Shown here: piece by piece, positions 26,201 through 40,044 of the stretch | Layout: each line of letters begins with the position of its first letter | Position numbering within the stretch: position 1 is the first letter of the stretch | Source: Octopus sinensis | Taxonomy: Eukaryota | Direction of reading: 5' to 3' | Assembly (NCBI RefSeq): GCF_006345805.1 | Contig: NW_021835872.1 | Location: forward strand, 1-46,707 | Length of the DNA: 46,707 nt | The notes under the pieces: model-generated | Told to the model about the DNA's origin: nothing | What the model saw: only the letters and a program-made list of their open reading frames with translations | Databases searched by the model: none | Position numbers and translations under genes: made by a program

Positions 26201-26636
26201 CATGGGTAGGTAGGCGGGTATGGCCAGAGTTTTAGAACAGCTCATAAGTTAGTGAGAACACGGAACTCAGAACACCCTGTTATTTGTGTGACAGGTTTCT
26301 ACAATGTCATTAACAGTCTTCCTTAATTGGTAATTATTTACAATACATCTTAATTACGAGAACTTACCCCTCTCCCCAAAAATAAAAAAATTAAGGTCAG
26401 TTAAGGTCATCCTCATTACATACGGTACAAAGCAAACATACACCTAAAAAAAGGACATACCCACATGCACACGCGTACGAGCGTGGCACACACACACACA
26501 CACACACACATACACACACACCCGTGCAAAACTTTCTCATATGTATGTATATATGTTGTGTATTTGTGGTTGCGTGTATATGCCTATAAGTATCAATGTA
26601 ATGTGCTTTATGTATGTATGTATACATACAAACAGT

Positions 26637-26948
26637 GAAGGCGCATGGCTCAGTGGTTAGAGCGTCGAGCTTACGATCGTGAGGTTGTGAGCTCGAATCC
26701 CGGACCGGGCTGCGTGTTGTGTTCTTGAGCAAAGCACTTTATTTCACGTTGCTCCAGTTCACTCAGCTGTAGAAATGAGTTGCGACGTCACTGGTGCCAA
26801 GCTGTATCGACCTTTGTCTTTCCCTTGGATAACACTGGTGGCGTGGAGAGGGCAGGCTGGTATGCATGGGCGACTGCTGGTCTTCCATAAACAACCTTAC
26901 CCGGACTTGTGTCTATGAGGGTAACTTTCTAGGTGCAATCCCATGTAT
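26637..26948 (+). mobile_element. tRNA-derived CORE-type SINE (family C, second subfamily)
   Basis: TGGCTCAGTGG A box, GCTCGAATCC B box. TGTGTTCTTGAGCAAAGCACTTTATTTCACGTTGCTCCAGTTCACTCAGCTGTAGAAATGAG aligns to the MIR-type CORE domain as I recall it. Confidence 0.85.
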
Positions 26949-27386
26949 ACATACAAACATATATACATACACACACACATACGCACCCCCACACATATAT
27001 ATATATTATATGCATACACATATATATAGAAGCGTGCATACATTCATGCATATATAGCTGCATACATACATACGTACATACACACACACATATATACATA
27101 CATACATACATACATTCATACATATATACATACATACATACGGATATACATACATACATACATACACACACACATACATACATACATACTTACATACATA
27201 TATACATACATACACACATACATACATACATACATACATAAATACATACACACATACATACATACATACATACACATATACATACATCCTTACATACATA
27301 TATACATACATACATACACACATACATACATACATACATACACACATACATACATATTTACATGCATACATACACACATACATACA

Positions 27387-27420
<34 letters not shown>

Positions 27421-27964
27421 CATACAGTATCTTTTATTTTTGTACCGACAGTCGGAAATTACAGCGTCAGAACATCTAAAAGTAATGCTTTTACCCGAAA
27501 AGAGGAATACTTAAAAAGCTATTATTCCGCTGCATCATTAAGGTTCATTGCTGGTGGATGCCGGGTGGACGCCGGGTGGCTGAAGGCGTGGCAATGGTCA
27601 GATAACAAGCGCCCACGTCCGCTAATTGGTGTCTTTGAGATTCACGAAACTAAGTTAAGAACGTCTAAAATAACAAATTCTTCCGCCATATTGGAGATAC
27701 TTGCTCCGATATCAACCTAATTACTTTTGGAGCGAGATTTATATATATTAGGAAACTTGAAACGCACGCGCGCGCACACACACACACACGCACAAGCATT
27801 CGGTTATTTCTGTGGGTTGGTTAACTGCGAGAAATAAATAGAGCCAAAGATAATTTTAGATTGTTACATATATTTAAATAAACATGTGTTATCAGTTCAT
27901 CTGACATGAGAAGCGTGATAATGTGTATATCAATAGAGTCTTGTGTTTTGAGACTTTTAGTTAT

Positions 27965-28004
<40 letters not shown>

Positions 28005-28143
28005 TAATAATAATAATAATAATAGTAATAATAACGATAATAATAATAATAATAATGATGATGATGATGATTGATGATAATGATAATATAATACCACTAA
28101 TAATAATAATATAATGATAATAATAACGATAATAATGATGATG

Positions 28144-28200
<57 letters not shown>

Positions 28201-28232
28201 TAATAATAACGATAATAATAATGATGATGATG

Positions 28233-28292
<60 letters not shown>

Positions 28293-28846
28293 GCCCTGAT
28301 GCAGTACCAGGCAGAGGCTCTCATGGCTTCTGATCTTAACTGATTGGAAGTGGTATCATGTACATTGTTTTGTCTTGGTATAAAAAATGGGCTACAGCAA
28401 ATATTCTGCTCAATACCACAGATTTGCTTGTCAGTTGTTTGACCTTAACCAGTTGAGCATGTCCCTTAGTGGCTGACGATATGTGCATCTCTGATCACGA
28501 GCAGAAGTAGTGGGGGAGCATCATGGCCATGTGTTGAGAGGGATTCTTTGGAGTTTGAATAATTCACCTCTGGAAACATAGGTGTTTCGTTCAACATCCT
28601 AAAGCAACCCTTATTCAGGGACCTTTTGAGCGGGATGGGCTACTCAACCTGAAGAAAATTCTAACTGGGCTCCACCTGCAAGGTCATGTGCTGTTTATCT
28701 TGATATGAGATCACCATGTCGCGCACATATGGTTGTGATGCATGTGCCTGGTGTACCTTTATCAGACGGGTAGTCATGATGGGTATATTGGGCTTCGTAT
28801 ATTTTACCCCAGTGTCACTTTGATGGCATGAACTGCTCTCTCACTC
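28293..28846. mobile_element. Family D element, tandem copy 1
   Basis: 554 bp, flanked by (AAT)n. Confidence 0.85.
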
Positions 28847-29048
28847 AATAATAATAATAGTAATAATAACGATAATAATAATAATAATAATGATGATGAT
28901 GATGATGATGATAATGATAATAATACCACTAATAATAATAATAATAATGATAATAATAACGATAATAATAATGATGATGATAATGATAATAATACCACTA
29001 ATAATAATAATAATAATGATAATAATAACGATAATAATAATGATGATG

Positions 29049-29087
<39 letters not shown>

Positions 29088-29635
29088 GCCCTGATGCAGT
29101 ACCAGGCAGTGGCTCTCATGGCTTCTGATCTTAACTGATTGGAAGTGTTATCATGTACATTGTTTTGTCTTGGTATAAAAAGATGGCTACAGCAAATATT
29201 CTGCCAATACCACAGATTTGCTTGTCAGTGTTTGACCTTAACCAGTTGAGCATGTCCCTTAGTGGCTGACGATATGTGCATCTCTGATCACGAGCAGAAG
29301 TAGTGGGGGAGCATCATGGCCATGTGTTGAGAGGGATTCTTTGAAGTTTGAATAATTCACTCTGGAAACATAGGTGTTTCGTTCAACATCCTAAAGCAAA
29401 CCTTATTCAGGGACCTTTTGAGCGGGATGGGCTATCAACCTGAAGAAAATTCTAACTGGGCTCCACCTGCAAGGTCATGTGCTGTTTATCTTGATATGAG
29501 ATCACCATGTCGCGCATATATGGTTGTGATGCATGTGCCTGGTGTACCTTTATCAGACGGGTAGTCATGATGGGTATATTGGGCTTCGTATATTTTACCC
29601 ACGTGCACTTTGATGGCATGAACTGCTCCTCACTC
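29088..29635. mobile_element. Family D element, tandem copy 2
   Basis: Near-identical to copy 1, with several 1-bp deletions. Confidence 0.85.
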
Positions 29636-29872
29636 AATAATAATAATAGTAATAATAACGATAATAATAATATAATAATTTGATGATGATGATGATGATG
29701 ATAATGATAATAATACCACTAATAATAATAATAATAATGATAATAATAACGATAATAATAATGATGATGATAATGATAATAATACCACTAATAATAATAT
29801 AATAATGATAATAATAACGATAATATAGATGATGATAATAATAATAATAATATAATAATAATAATAATAAAT

Positions 29873-30421
29873 GCCCTGATGCAGTACCAGGCAGTGGCTC
29901 TCATGGCTTCTGATCTTAACTGATTGGAAGTGTTATCATGTACATTGTTTTGTCTTGCTATAAAAGATGGGCTACAGCAATATTCTGCTCAATACCACAG
30001 ATTGCTGCTGTCAGTTGTTTGACCTTAACCAGTTGAGCATGTCCCTTAGTGGCTGACGATATGTGCATCTCTGATCACGAGCAGAAGTAGTGGGGGAGCA
30101 TCATAGCCATGTGTTGAGGGATTCTTTGGGGTTTGAATAATTCACCTCTGGAAACATGAGTGGTTCTTTCAACATCCTTAAACAACCCTTATTCAGGGAC
30201 CGTTTGAGCGGGATGGGCTACTCGACCTGAAGAAAATTCTAACTGGGCCCCACCTGCAAGGTCATGTGCTGTTTATCTTGATATGAGATCACCATGTCGC
30301 ACACATATGGTTGTGATGCATGTGCCTGGTGTACCTTTATCAGACGGGTGTCATGATGGGTATATTGGGCTCGTATATTTTACCCAGTGTCACTTTGATG
30401 GCATGAACTGCTCTCTCACTC
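29873..30421. mobile_element. Family D element, tandem copy 3
   Basis: Same termini; carries diagnostic substitutions distinct from copies 1 and 2. Confidence 0.85.
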
Positions 30422-30437
30422 AATAATAATATAATAA

Positions 30438-30484
<47 letters not shown>

Positions 30485-30580
30485 TGATAATAATAACGAT
30501 AATAATAATGATGATGATAATAATAATAATAATAATAATAATAAAATAATAATAATAATAATAACGATAATAAAATGATG

Positions 30581-30621
<41 letters not shown>

Positions 30622-30649
30622 TATAATAACGATAATAATAATGATGATG

Positions 30650-30680
<31 letters not shown>

Positions 30681-31055
30681 GGCCTCAAATTTGTTAGGAG
30701 GAGACTAGTCGATTACATGGGCCAGTGCTTCACTGGTACTTAATATATCGACCCAGAAATGATGAAACGCAAAGTCGACCTCGGCGGAATTTGAACTCGG
30801 AATGTAGCGACAGATGAAATACCTATTTCTTTATTACCCACAAGGGGCTAAACACAGAGGCGACAAACAAGGACAGACATAGGCATTAAGTCGATTACAT
30901 CGACCCCAGTGCGTAACTGGTACTTAATTTATCGACCCCGAAAGGATGAAAGGCAAAGTCGACCTCGGCTGAATTTGAACTCGGAACGTAGCGGCAGACG
31001 AAATACCGCTAGCCATTTTTGTCCAGCAGGCTAACGATTCTGCCAGCTCGCCGCC
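30681..31055 (-). mobile_element. SINE family A, head plus one canonical unit plus one diverged unit
   Basis: Head ends at 31055, junction near 30820; the 3'-most unit is diverged and has the variant tail. Confidence 0.85.
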
Positions 31056-31398
31056 TTGATAATAACAATAATAATAATGATAGTAATAATGACGGTTTCA
31101 AATTTCGGTACAAGTCCAGGAACTTCAGAAGGTGGAGGTAAATATTATATGGACCCCAGTGTTCAACAGGTAAGTACTTTATTTGTTTCCATAGAATGAG
31201 AGATAAACTCGGCCTCGGCGGCACAACCACCACCACCACCACCACCACCACCACCAAAACCACCACCACCACCACCACCACCACCACCACCACCACCACC
31301 ACCGCCACCACCACTACTACTACTGCCGCCGCCAACAATAACTCCACGTTCTGGTGATGGCTGATGTAAAATTGTTCGTAGACTTATTAAACGGTTGT

Positions 31399-32321
31399 TG
31401 CTTAACGGTATTTCGTCTGCCGTTACGTTGTGAGTTCAAATTCCGCCGAGGTCGACTTTGCCTTTCATCCTTTCGGGGTCGATAAATTAAGTACCAGTTA
31501 AGCACTGGGGTCGATATAATCGACTTAATACCTATGTCTGTCCATGTTTGTCCCCTCTGTGTTCAGCCCCTTGTGGGTAATAAAGAAATAGGTATTTCGT
31601 CTGCCGTTACGTTGTGAGTTCAAATTCCGCCGAGGTCGACTTTGCCTTTCATCCTTTCGGGGGTCGATAAATTAAGTACCAGTTAAGCACTGGGGTCGAT
31701 ATAATCGATTATACCTATGTCTGTCCATGTTTGTCCCCTCTATGTTCAGCCCCTTTGGGGTAATAAAGAAATAGGTATTTCGTCTGCCGTTACGTTGTGA
31801 GTTCAAATTCCGCCCGAGGTCGACTTTGCCTTTCATCCTTTCGGGGTCGATAAATTAAGTACAGTTAAGCACTGGGGTCGATATAATCGACTTAATACCT
31901 ATGTTGTCCATGTTTGTCCCCTCTGTGTCAGCCCCTTGTGGGTAATAAAGAAATAGGTATTTCGTCTGCCGTTACGTTGTGAGTTCAAATCCGCCGAGGT
32001 CGACTTTGCCTTTCATCCTTTCGGGGTCGATAAATAAGTACCAGTTATGCACTGGGGTCGATATAATCGAACTTAATACCTATGTCTGTCCATGTTTGTC
32101 CCCTCTGTGTTTAGCCCCTTGTGGGTAATAAAGAATAGGTATTTCGTCTGCCGTTACGTTCTGAGTTCAAATTCCGCCGAGGTCGACTTTGCCTTTCATC
32201 CTTTCGGGGTCGATAAATTAAGTACCAGTTATGCACTGGGGTCGATATAATCGACTTAATACCTATGTCTGTCCATGTTTGTCCCCTCTATGTTCAGCCC
32301 CTTGTGGGCAATAAAGAAATA
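31399..32321 (+). mobile_element. SINE family A array, five body units, head truncated
   Basis: Units at 31409, 31593, 31776, 31958 and 32140. Possible short TSD GGTTGT at 31393-31398 and 32322-32327. Confidence 0.9.
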
Positions 32322-32329
32322 GGTTGTTA

Positions 32330-32582
32330 TTAATTATTCTGTTATTCGCAAGCTCTGTGTATTCGGCATCCATTTTCTCGACAATCAGCACCGAATTTTC
32401 CCAGAATTTACCGTTTAAATCTTTTATATCTTCCATCATTTCTTCGTTTCTAATGCGAAGAGCTGTAAATTTAAATTTCACGTGGAGGCTGAGAGGCTCT
32501 CTGCATTCTTTTTGCGTGTTTTTCTTTCTGTGAGTTCCTAGTTTTGCGAGATCTTCCGAAATTTTCTTCTCTTTCCCATTGT
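32330..32582 (-). mobile_element. Probable LINE ORF1 remnant, distal part
   Basis: DNGKEKKISEDLAKLG...KFTALRIRNEEMMEDIKD; its first 36 bp match 35580-35615 at 32 of 36 positions. Confidence 0.4.
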
Positions 32583-32616
<34 letters not shown>

Positions 32617-33605
32617 AATATACATACATACGTACATCCACATTTACAAACACCCTAAGCACTCGGACACGCACGTTTACATACATACATAGATACATAC
32701 ATACATACAGACATCATTACATACAATATACATACATCATACATACATACATACATATATACGACATCATACATACATACGTACATACATACATACTTAC
32801 ATACTACATACAGACTTACATACAGAATAAATACTTACTACCATACATACATACTACATACATACATACATATTAGACATACATACATACATGCATACAT
32901 AGCATACATACATACTACTTACATACATACATAATACATACATACATACATAATACATACAAAGCATACAGACATTCATACATACATAATCATACAGACA
33001 TACATTATACATTACTACATACATAATTCATACATACATACATACATACATACAAGCATACATACATACAACTACATACTTACCATACATACATACTTAC
33101 ATACATTCATACATACATACATACATACATACATACATACAAGCATACCATACATACATACATACATACTTACTACATACATACTTACATCATACATACA
33201 TGCATACATACATACATAATACATACAAGCATACATACATGCACACTACATACATACATACATACTTACATACAACATACATACATACATACATACAGAC
33301 ATACATACAACAAGATATACATACATCATACATACATACATTACATACATACAGACATACTACATAACATACATACATATAAATATTACATACATACATA
33401 CTACATACATACAGACAGAATACATAATACATACATACATACATACATACAAGCATACATACATACATACATTACATACATACCACATACTACATACATA
33501 CATACATACTGACCTACAACATACATACATACATACATACATAAACACATACATACATACATACATAATACTACATACAACTTACATACATACATACATA
33601 CATAC

Positions 33606-33636
<31 letters not shown>

Positions 33637-34963
33637 CAGACATACTACATACAATACTATTACATACATTACATACATACATACATACCTACATACAAGC
33701 AAGACATTATACCTCAGACATACATACATACATACATACATACATAAAGCATCATACATACAACATACTAGTACATACATACTACTTACATACATGAAGA
33801 TACATACATACATACAGAATACGTACATACTTACATACATACATACATACATACTTACATACATAACAATATATACATACATACATACGTACTACATACC
33901 TATATACATACATACAGACATCATACATACGTACATACATACAACTTACCCTACTTACATACATACATACATACTTACATACATAATACATAACTATACA
34001 TACAGAATACATACTTACATACATCTATACATACATAATACATACATACGGACATACATACATATTACATACTTACATACATACATACATACGTTACATA
34101 CAGACATACATATATACCACAGACAGACATACGTATAACATACATTCATACTTACATAATACATACATACCATACATACTACATACATACATACTACATA
34201 ATATAATTACATACACATACATACTTACATACATACATAATACATACATACATATATACGTACATACATACATACTTAATACTACATACAGACAACTTAC
34301 ATACATACATATATACATACATACATACATACTTACAACATATATACATACTACCTTACTACATCGTACATACATACATACTTACAGACTTACATACATA
34401 CATACATACTTACATACATACAAACATGATATACATACATACATACTTACATACATATATACATACAGACTACATACATACATATAACATACATACATAC
34501 ATACATACGTACATACATACATACTACATACATACATACATACTTACATATACAGACTACTTACATTACATACATACATATATAAAAAACAACATTACAT
34601 ACATACATGCATACATACATACATACATACATACATACATACATAATACATGCATGCATACATACATATATACATACCACACACACGAAGTATCATTCAC
34701 ATACATTACATTCATACATTCATACATACATACATACATACATACATACATACATTCATCATACCTACATTCATACATACATACATGCATACATACATAC
34801 ATACATACATACATACATAATACATACTGCATGCATACATACATATACATACACACAACACGCATATATATACATACATACATAATACATAATATACATT
34901 CATACATTACATACATACATTCATACAGACATACATACATACATACATGCATTCATTCATACG

Positions 34964-34995
<32 letters not shown>

Positions 34996-35578
34996 TATAC
35001 ATACATACATAAATACATACATATATACATACATGCATACATATATACATACATACATGCATACATACATACATACATACATACATGCATGCATACATAC
35101 ATACCTACCTACCTACCTACATACATACATACATACATACATACATACATACATACATTCATACATACATACATATGTACATACATATATACATACATAC
35201 ACACACACATACATACATACATACATACATACACACATACATATAAATACATACATCTATAACATACATGCATGCATACATACATACATACATGCATACA
35301 TACATACAGCATGCATACATACATACATACATACATACATACATACTTACTACATATATACAACATACATACATACATACACACACACATATCATAATAC
35401 ATACATATATACATACATGCATGCATACATACATTACATACATGCATACATACATACATGCATGTACAAACATACATCATACATACGTACATACATACAT
35501 ACATACATACATACATACATACATCCTACATACATGCATACATACATGCATACATGCACACACGCATGCATACATGCT
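32583..35578. repeat. ~3-kb degenerate (TACA)n microsatellite
   Basis: Direct reading; many 1-bp interruptions. Confidence 0.95.
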
Positions 35579-35960
35579 GAGATCTTTCGAAATTTTCTTC
35601 CCTTCGCCATTGTCCACCCTGCTATCCTTTCATCCCTTCTTCTTTATTGCAAGATAATGGTGTAGTACTACAGGTTATGGACGACGACAGAAGGAGTCTT
35701 CTGTATTCCTGGTCGTCTCTTGGAACTGAAGATAAAGCAATTTCCTTCGATGCTTCCGAATATTTGGTAGAATCCTTCAACAGAGGTCTCTGTAGCCTGC
35801 TGTGACCCTTATTCTTACCATTTCGCTTCTCACCTTTCCAGATCCCCTAAAATGAGTTTTACTACCACATGTGTAACATCTGCGTCTTTGGCCCTAAACT
35901 ACCGATCATAAAGCTTTTTCCTTGGCGTTCATTACAAAGTACATCCCCGAGAGATTGCTT
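35579..35960 (-). mobile_element. Probable gag-like LINE ORF1 remnant with zinc knuckle
   Basis: Minus frame ...SVV*GQRRRCYTCGSKTHFRG (CX2CX4H, last Cys lost), with stops. Confidence 0.5.
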
Positions 35961-35980
35961 TGTGGTCTTGTAGGGTCATA

Positions 35981-37032
35981 CTCTCTTTCTTTTACTTGTT
36001 TCAGTCATTTGACTGCGGCCATGCTGGAGCACCGCCCATTTAATCGAGCAACTCGACCCCGGGACTTATTCTTTTGTAAGCCCAGTACTTATTCTATCGG
36101 TCTCTTTTGCCGAACCGCTAAGTGACGGGGACGTAAACACACCAGCATCGGTTGTCAAGCAATGGTAGGGGGACAAACACAGACACACAAACACACACAC
36201 ACATACATATATATATCTATATTTATAAAGCTGAAGTTGTCTGTGTGTGTGACAGGTTTGGTAGCCTTCAACTAACACTATCTCCTCCGAGACCCTGCGG
36301 CGCAAGTTGACCAAATTTGAGAGTATGATAGAAGAAGGCTTGCTCTTCATTCCGTAGAAGAAAAAATTCAAATCGGACCATGTTAAGACCAAAAATTATT
36401 TATATCAAAAAGATCCTTTTTTTCTATGAAAATCCCTATTTTTTACGATATTAGGAAAATTTTTACTTTTCAAAAATTCCAATTCTAAAGGGTCGAAAAG
36501 AATTTTTTTGTGATGTCATTGGTTTTGAGCGAACGACGGATTTTCCTGTACTTTTTCTAAATGAATTCTGTTGCAGTCTTAACTTCTTAATAGATTTTCA
36601 GTGCAGTTCGAAACTTTAGCTTAATTTTGCTTTAAATCTACGGGTAATTTTTTTCTCCATAATGTTAATAGAAGGAATATTAACCAACAATGCCAACGAT
36701 TGAAGTCGGCATTGCACATTTGCAGCACACTCAGAGCAAACTCGAGCATCGCCACACTAGATTGAAACTATGTCAAAACTTTGTTAACGCGGCATCAAAG
36801 TCTGCCGTTTTAAGCGCAACTAAAAAAGAAACCCGAGCAACGCTGGGCTATACTGCTAGTATATACATATATACGACAGGCTTCTTTCAGTTTCCGCCTA
36901 CCAAATCCACTCACAAGGCATTGGTCGGCCCGGGGCTATAGCAGAAGACACTTGCCCATGATGCCACGCAGTGGGACTGAACCCGGAAACATGTGGCTGG
37001 TTAGCAAGCTACTTACCACACAGCACTCCTGC
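35981..37032 (-). mobile_element. SINE family B split by a Helitron
   Basis: 3' half at 35981-36215 and 5' half at 36860-37032, collinear with the 14185 copy once 36216-36859 is removed. Confidence 0.88.
36216..36859 (+). mobile_element. Non-autonomous Helitron (subfamily E1), 644 bp
   Basis: A|TC 5' end, CCCGAGCAACGCTGGG hairpin, CTAG|T 3' end, no TSD. Confidence 0.88.
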
Positions 37033-37271
37033 GCTCATGAGGACCTAGTGGTTATGGAGTTCGACTCATGAGAATTTACAGGCTTAGGCACAGGGTTATT
37101 TAATTTGATGGGAGGAGATTAGTCAATACTATCGAATCCAGTACTTGACTGCTACCTTTTTGTTTTGTCCGCACCTGGAGAAATGAAACGCGAAGCCAAC
37201 CTCAAAATGTAAAGAACTGTGGAAAAAACCACGGGACATTTGTTCCGGCACTCTAACGATATACATGCATA

Positions 37272-37275
37272 CGTA

Positions 37276-37313
<38 letters not shown>

Positions 37314-37314
37314 G

Positions 37315-37355
<41 letters not shown>

Positions 37356-37368
37356 GATCTATCTATCG

Positions 37369-37414
<46 letters not shown>

Positions 37415-37632
37415 ATATCTATCTATCTATCTATCTATCTATCATCTATATATCTATCTATCATTATATCTTATCTATCTATAATCTATTATCTATCTAT
37501 CTATCTATATATCATCTCTCTATCTATCTATCTATCTGTTGTCTGTCTGCCTGCCTGTCTGTCTGTCTGTCTGTCTGTTCGTCTAGGTATTGTGTGTGTG
37601 TCTGTCTGTCTGTCTGTTCGTCTAGGTATGTG

Positions 37633-37663
<31 letters not shown>

Positions 37664-37734
37664 ATCTATCTATCTACCTGTCTGTCTACCTGTCTGTCTG
37701 TCTGGTCGTCTATGTATGTGTGTCTATCTGTCTA

Positions 37735-37767
<33 letters not shown>

Positions 37768-37788
37768 GTCTGTCTGTCTGTCTGTCTA

Positions 37789-37835
<47 letters not shown>

Positions 37836-37860
37836 GGATGGATGGATGGATGGATGGATA
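37272..37860. repeat. (TATC)n/(TGTC)n/(GGAT)n compound microsatellite
   Basis: Direct reading. Confidence 0.92.
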
Positions 37861-38297
37861 GGTAGACAGGCAGGTGTATATGAGCACGTGCATCTATATC
37901 TATCTCTCCCATTTTTTTGTAACAGACGCAAACATATTATGACCGAATAGTATTCACAGGCGTAGGTGTGCATTTAAGCGAAAAAAGAAGAAAAAAATCA
38001 GGGAAAAGAAAAAGTACTCTTTGGGCGTCATCAGTTCAGTGAAGCGGATCGGAATAAGATTTATTCAAAGCAGATTTTGAGTGAATCGCTACGTAAGTTT
38101 TACGTTTCCGCTCTGTCAAGCAACAGTGATGGTCTCTCCGTTTGAATTACGTTTCTAAACTGGAAGTTTGCACCCAAAAGCCTGGATAAAACTACGATAC
38201 CACGACCATTCACAAAACAACAGAACTTATTTTTGAAGCTGAGCGCATATATAAATCTAAATATACACGGGGAAGTGATGGAACGAAGGAAATACTA

Positions 38298-38337
38298 GCA
38301 TAATAATAATAATAATAATAATAATAATAGTAGTGGT

Positions 38338-38374
<37 letters not shown>

Positions 38375-38550
38375 CAATAGTAGTAGTAGTAGTAATAGTA
38401 GTAGTAGTAATGATAATAGTAGTAGTAGTAGTAGTAATAGTAATAATAATAATAATAATAGTAGTGGTGTAGTAGTAGTAGTAGTAGTAGTAGTAATAGT
38501 AGTAGCAATAGTAGTAGTAGTAGTAATAGTAGTAGTAGTAGTAATGATAA

Positions 38551-38582
<32 letters not shown>

Positions 38583-38717
38583 ATAGTAATAATAATAATA
38601 ATAATAGTAGTGGTGTAGTAGTAGTAGTAGTAGTAGCAATAGTAGTAGTAGTAGTAATAGTAGTAGTAGTAGTAATGATAATAGTAGTATAGTAGTAGTA
38701 GTAGTAGTAGAGTAGTA

Positions 38718-38769
<52 letters not shown>

Positions 38770-38795
38770 TGATGATGATAATAATAATAATAATA
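38298..38795. repeat. (AAT)n/(TAG)n compound microsatellite with higher-order repetition
   Basis: The block AATAATAGTAGTGGTGTAGTAG recurs three times at about 130-140 bp spacing. Confidence 0.88.
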
Positions 38796-38947
38796 AATGC
38801 AAACGAAAAATTTATAATAAAATGTATATAAACGGTGGAATATAATAAATAGATCTTAGCAGTCATTTTTTAAGAGCATAGACACTATACTGTGTGTAGT
38901 GTTGTGTATGAATGCTTGCGTGATCGTGTGTGTGTGTGTGTGTGTGT

Positions 38948-38986
<39 letters not shown>

Positions 38987-39835
38987 TAGACTTTATGGGA
39001 TATTTATGATAGATGGATGTTGACTTAAGAAGTAATAAAACAGATTCAGTTGTAATGGCGGCAAAGACAAAATTATAAGGCTAAAATTATTAAATTAACG
39101 ATCAGAAGTATAAGATTTGTCCGAGAGTGGCTAAAACTTGTTACTGGTTGAGCGATTCGTTATATTAAGAGTGAAAGATGGTTTTGGTTGTTGTGATGTC
39201 TAAAATGGTAGAGGGTCGGCGGTTCCATTTAGTTTAGAGGAGTCAATGCTATGTAGCGTGTCTTGAAGCGAAAGGAGTACACACACACACACACATTAAA
39301 TGTGAATGTGAAAATGAGCCCAATGCATGCATATCAGCACACACACATACATACATACATACATACATACAAACATACACACACACATATACATACACAC
39401 GTACATCCACATTTACAAACACCCTTAGCACGTTTACATACAATCATGGTGGCTGCCCCCTCGTTATCGAATATGGCCATTGCACGAAGCTTAATCAATG
39501 TTGTTATCGTGCAATGCCTGTGCAAGAAGATTTTTTTTTAAAGTGAGGAAAGGCTGTGCACTGAGTCAATCCCACTCACTAAGCAACAGCAGCCATAATC
39601 CGAAAAGAAGAACAAGTCAACATCATCAGTAACCACTGAGCCGCAGGTTTTATGTCGGAGTTATCCCATTTACCTGAGTTACCTTCTCCTAGAAGGATGC
39701 CCTAACAAAGGCTAGGAGTCCTTCATTCCCAAAGGTTTAACTGCGCGATCGGGTATTCAATCCGATTATTTCTATGTCTCCGCGCATGATATAGCCTTAA
39801 GACATTTATTGGATGGCCGTTGACATACAAGCATT

Positions 39836-39867
<32 letters not shown>

Positions 39868-40044
39868 CATACATACATACATACATACAATACATACATA
39901 CATGCATACATACATACATACATATATATACATACATACACACATACATACATACATACACACATGCATGCATGCGCACACTCATACATACATACATGCA
40001 CTCATGCATAAATACGTACATAAATACATACATGCATATAATCA

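Noticed and set aside
26637-26715. tRNA-like sequences at SINE heads (also 2436, 9933, 14185, 44196)
   Set aside because: A and B boxes are present, but there is no complete cloverleaf or acceptor stem and each runs directly into a repeated SINE body.
27640-27695. Minus-strand ATGGCGGAAGAA start with a YY1-like motif
   Set aside because: The ORF closes after 15 codons with no good splice donor; such motifs occur several times in the window by chance.
28293-28350. Reverse complement of the D terminus loosely resembles two U2 snRNA segments
   Set aside because: The matches are short and the spacing is incompatible with U2; likely chance.
28472-28510. CTGACGA in family D as a hammerhead core
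   Set aside because: No stem II followed by GAAA.
38030-38100. Possible exon ending at a GTAAGT donor (38093)
   Set aside because: No convincing acceptor, no recognisable peptide and no partner exons.
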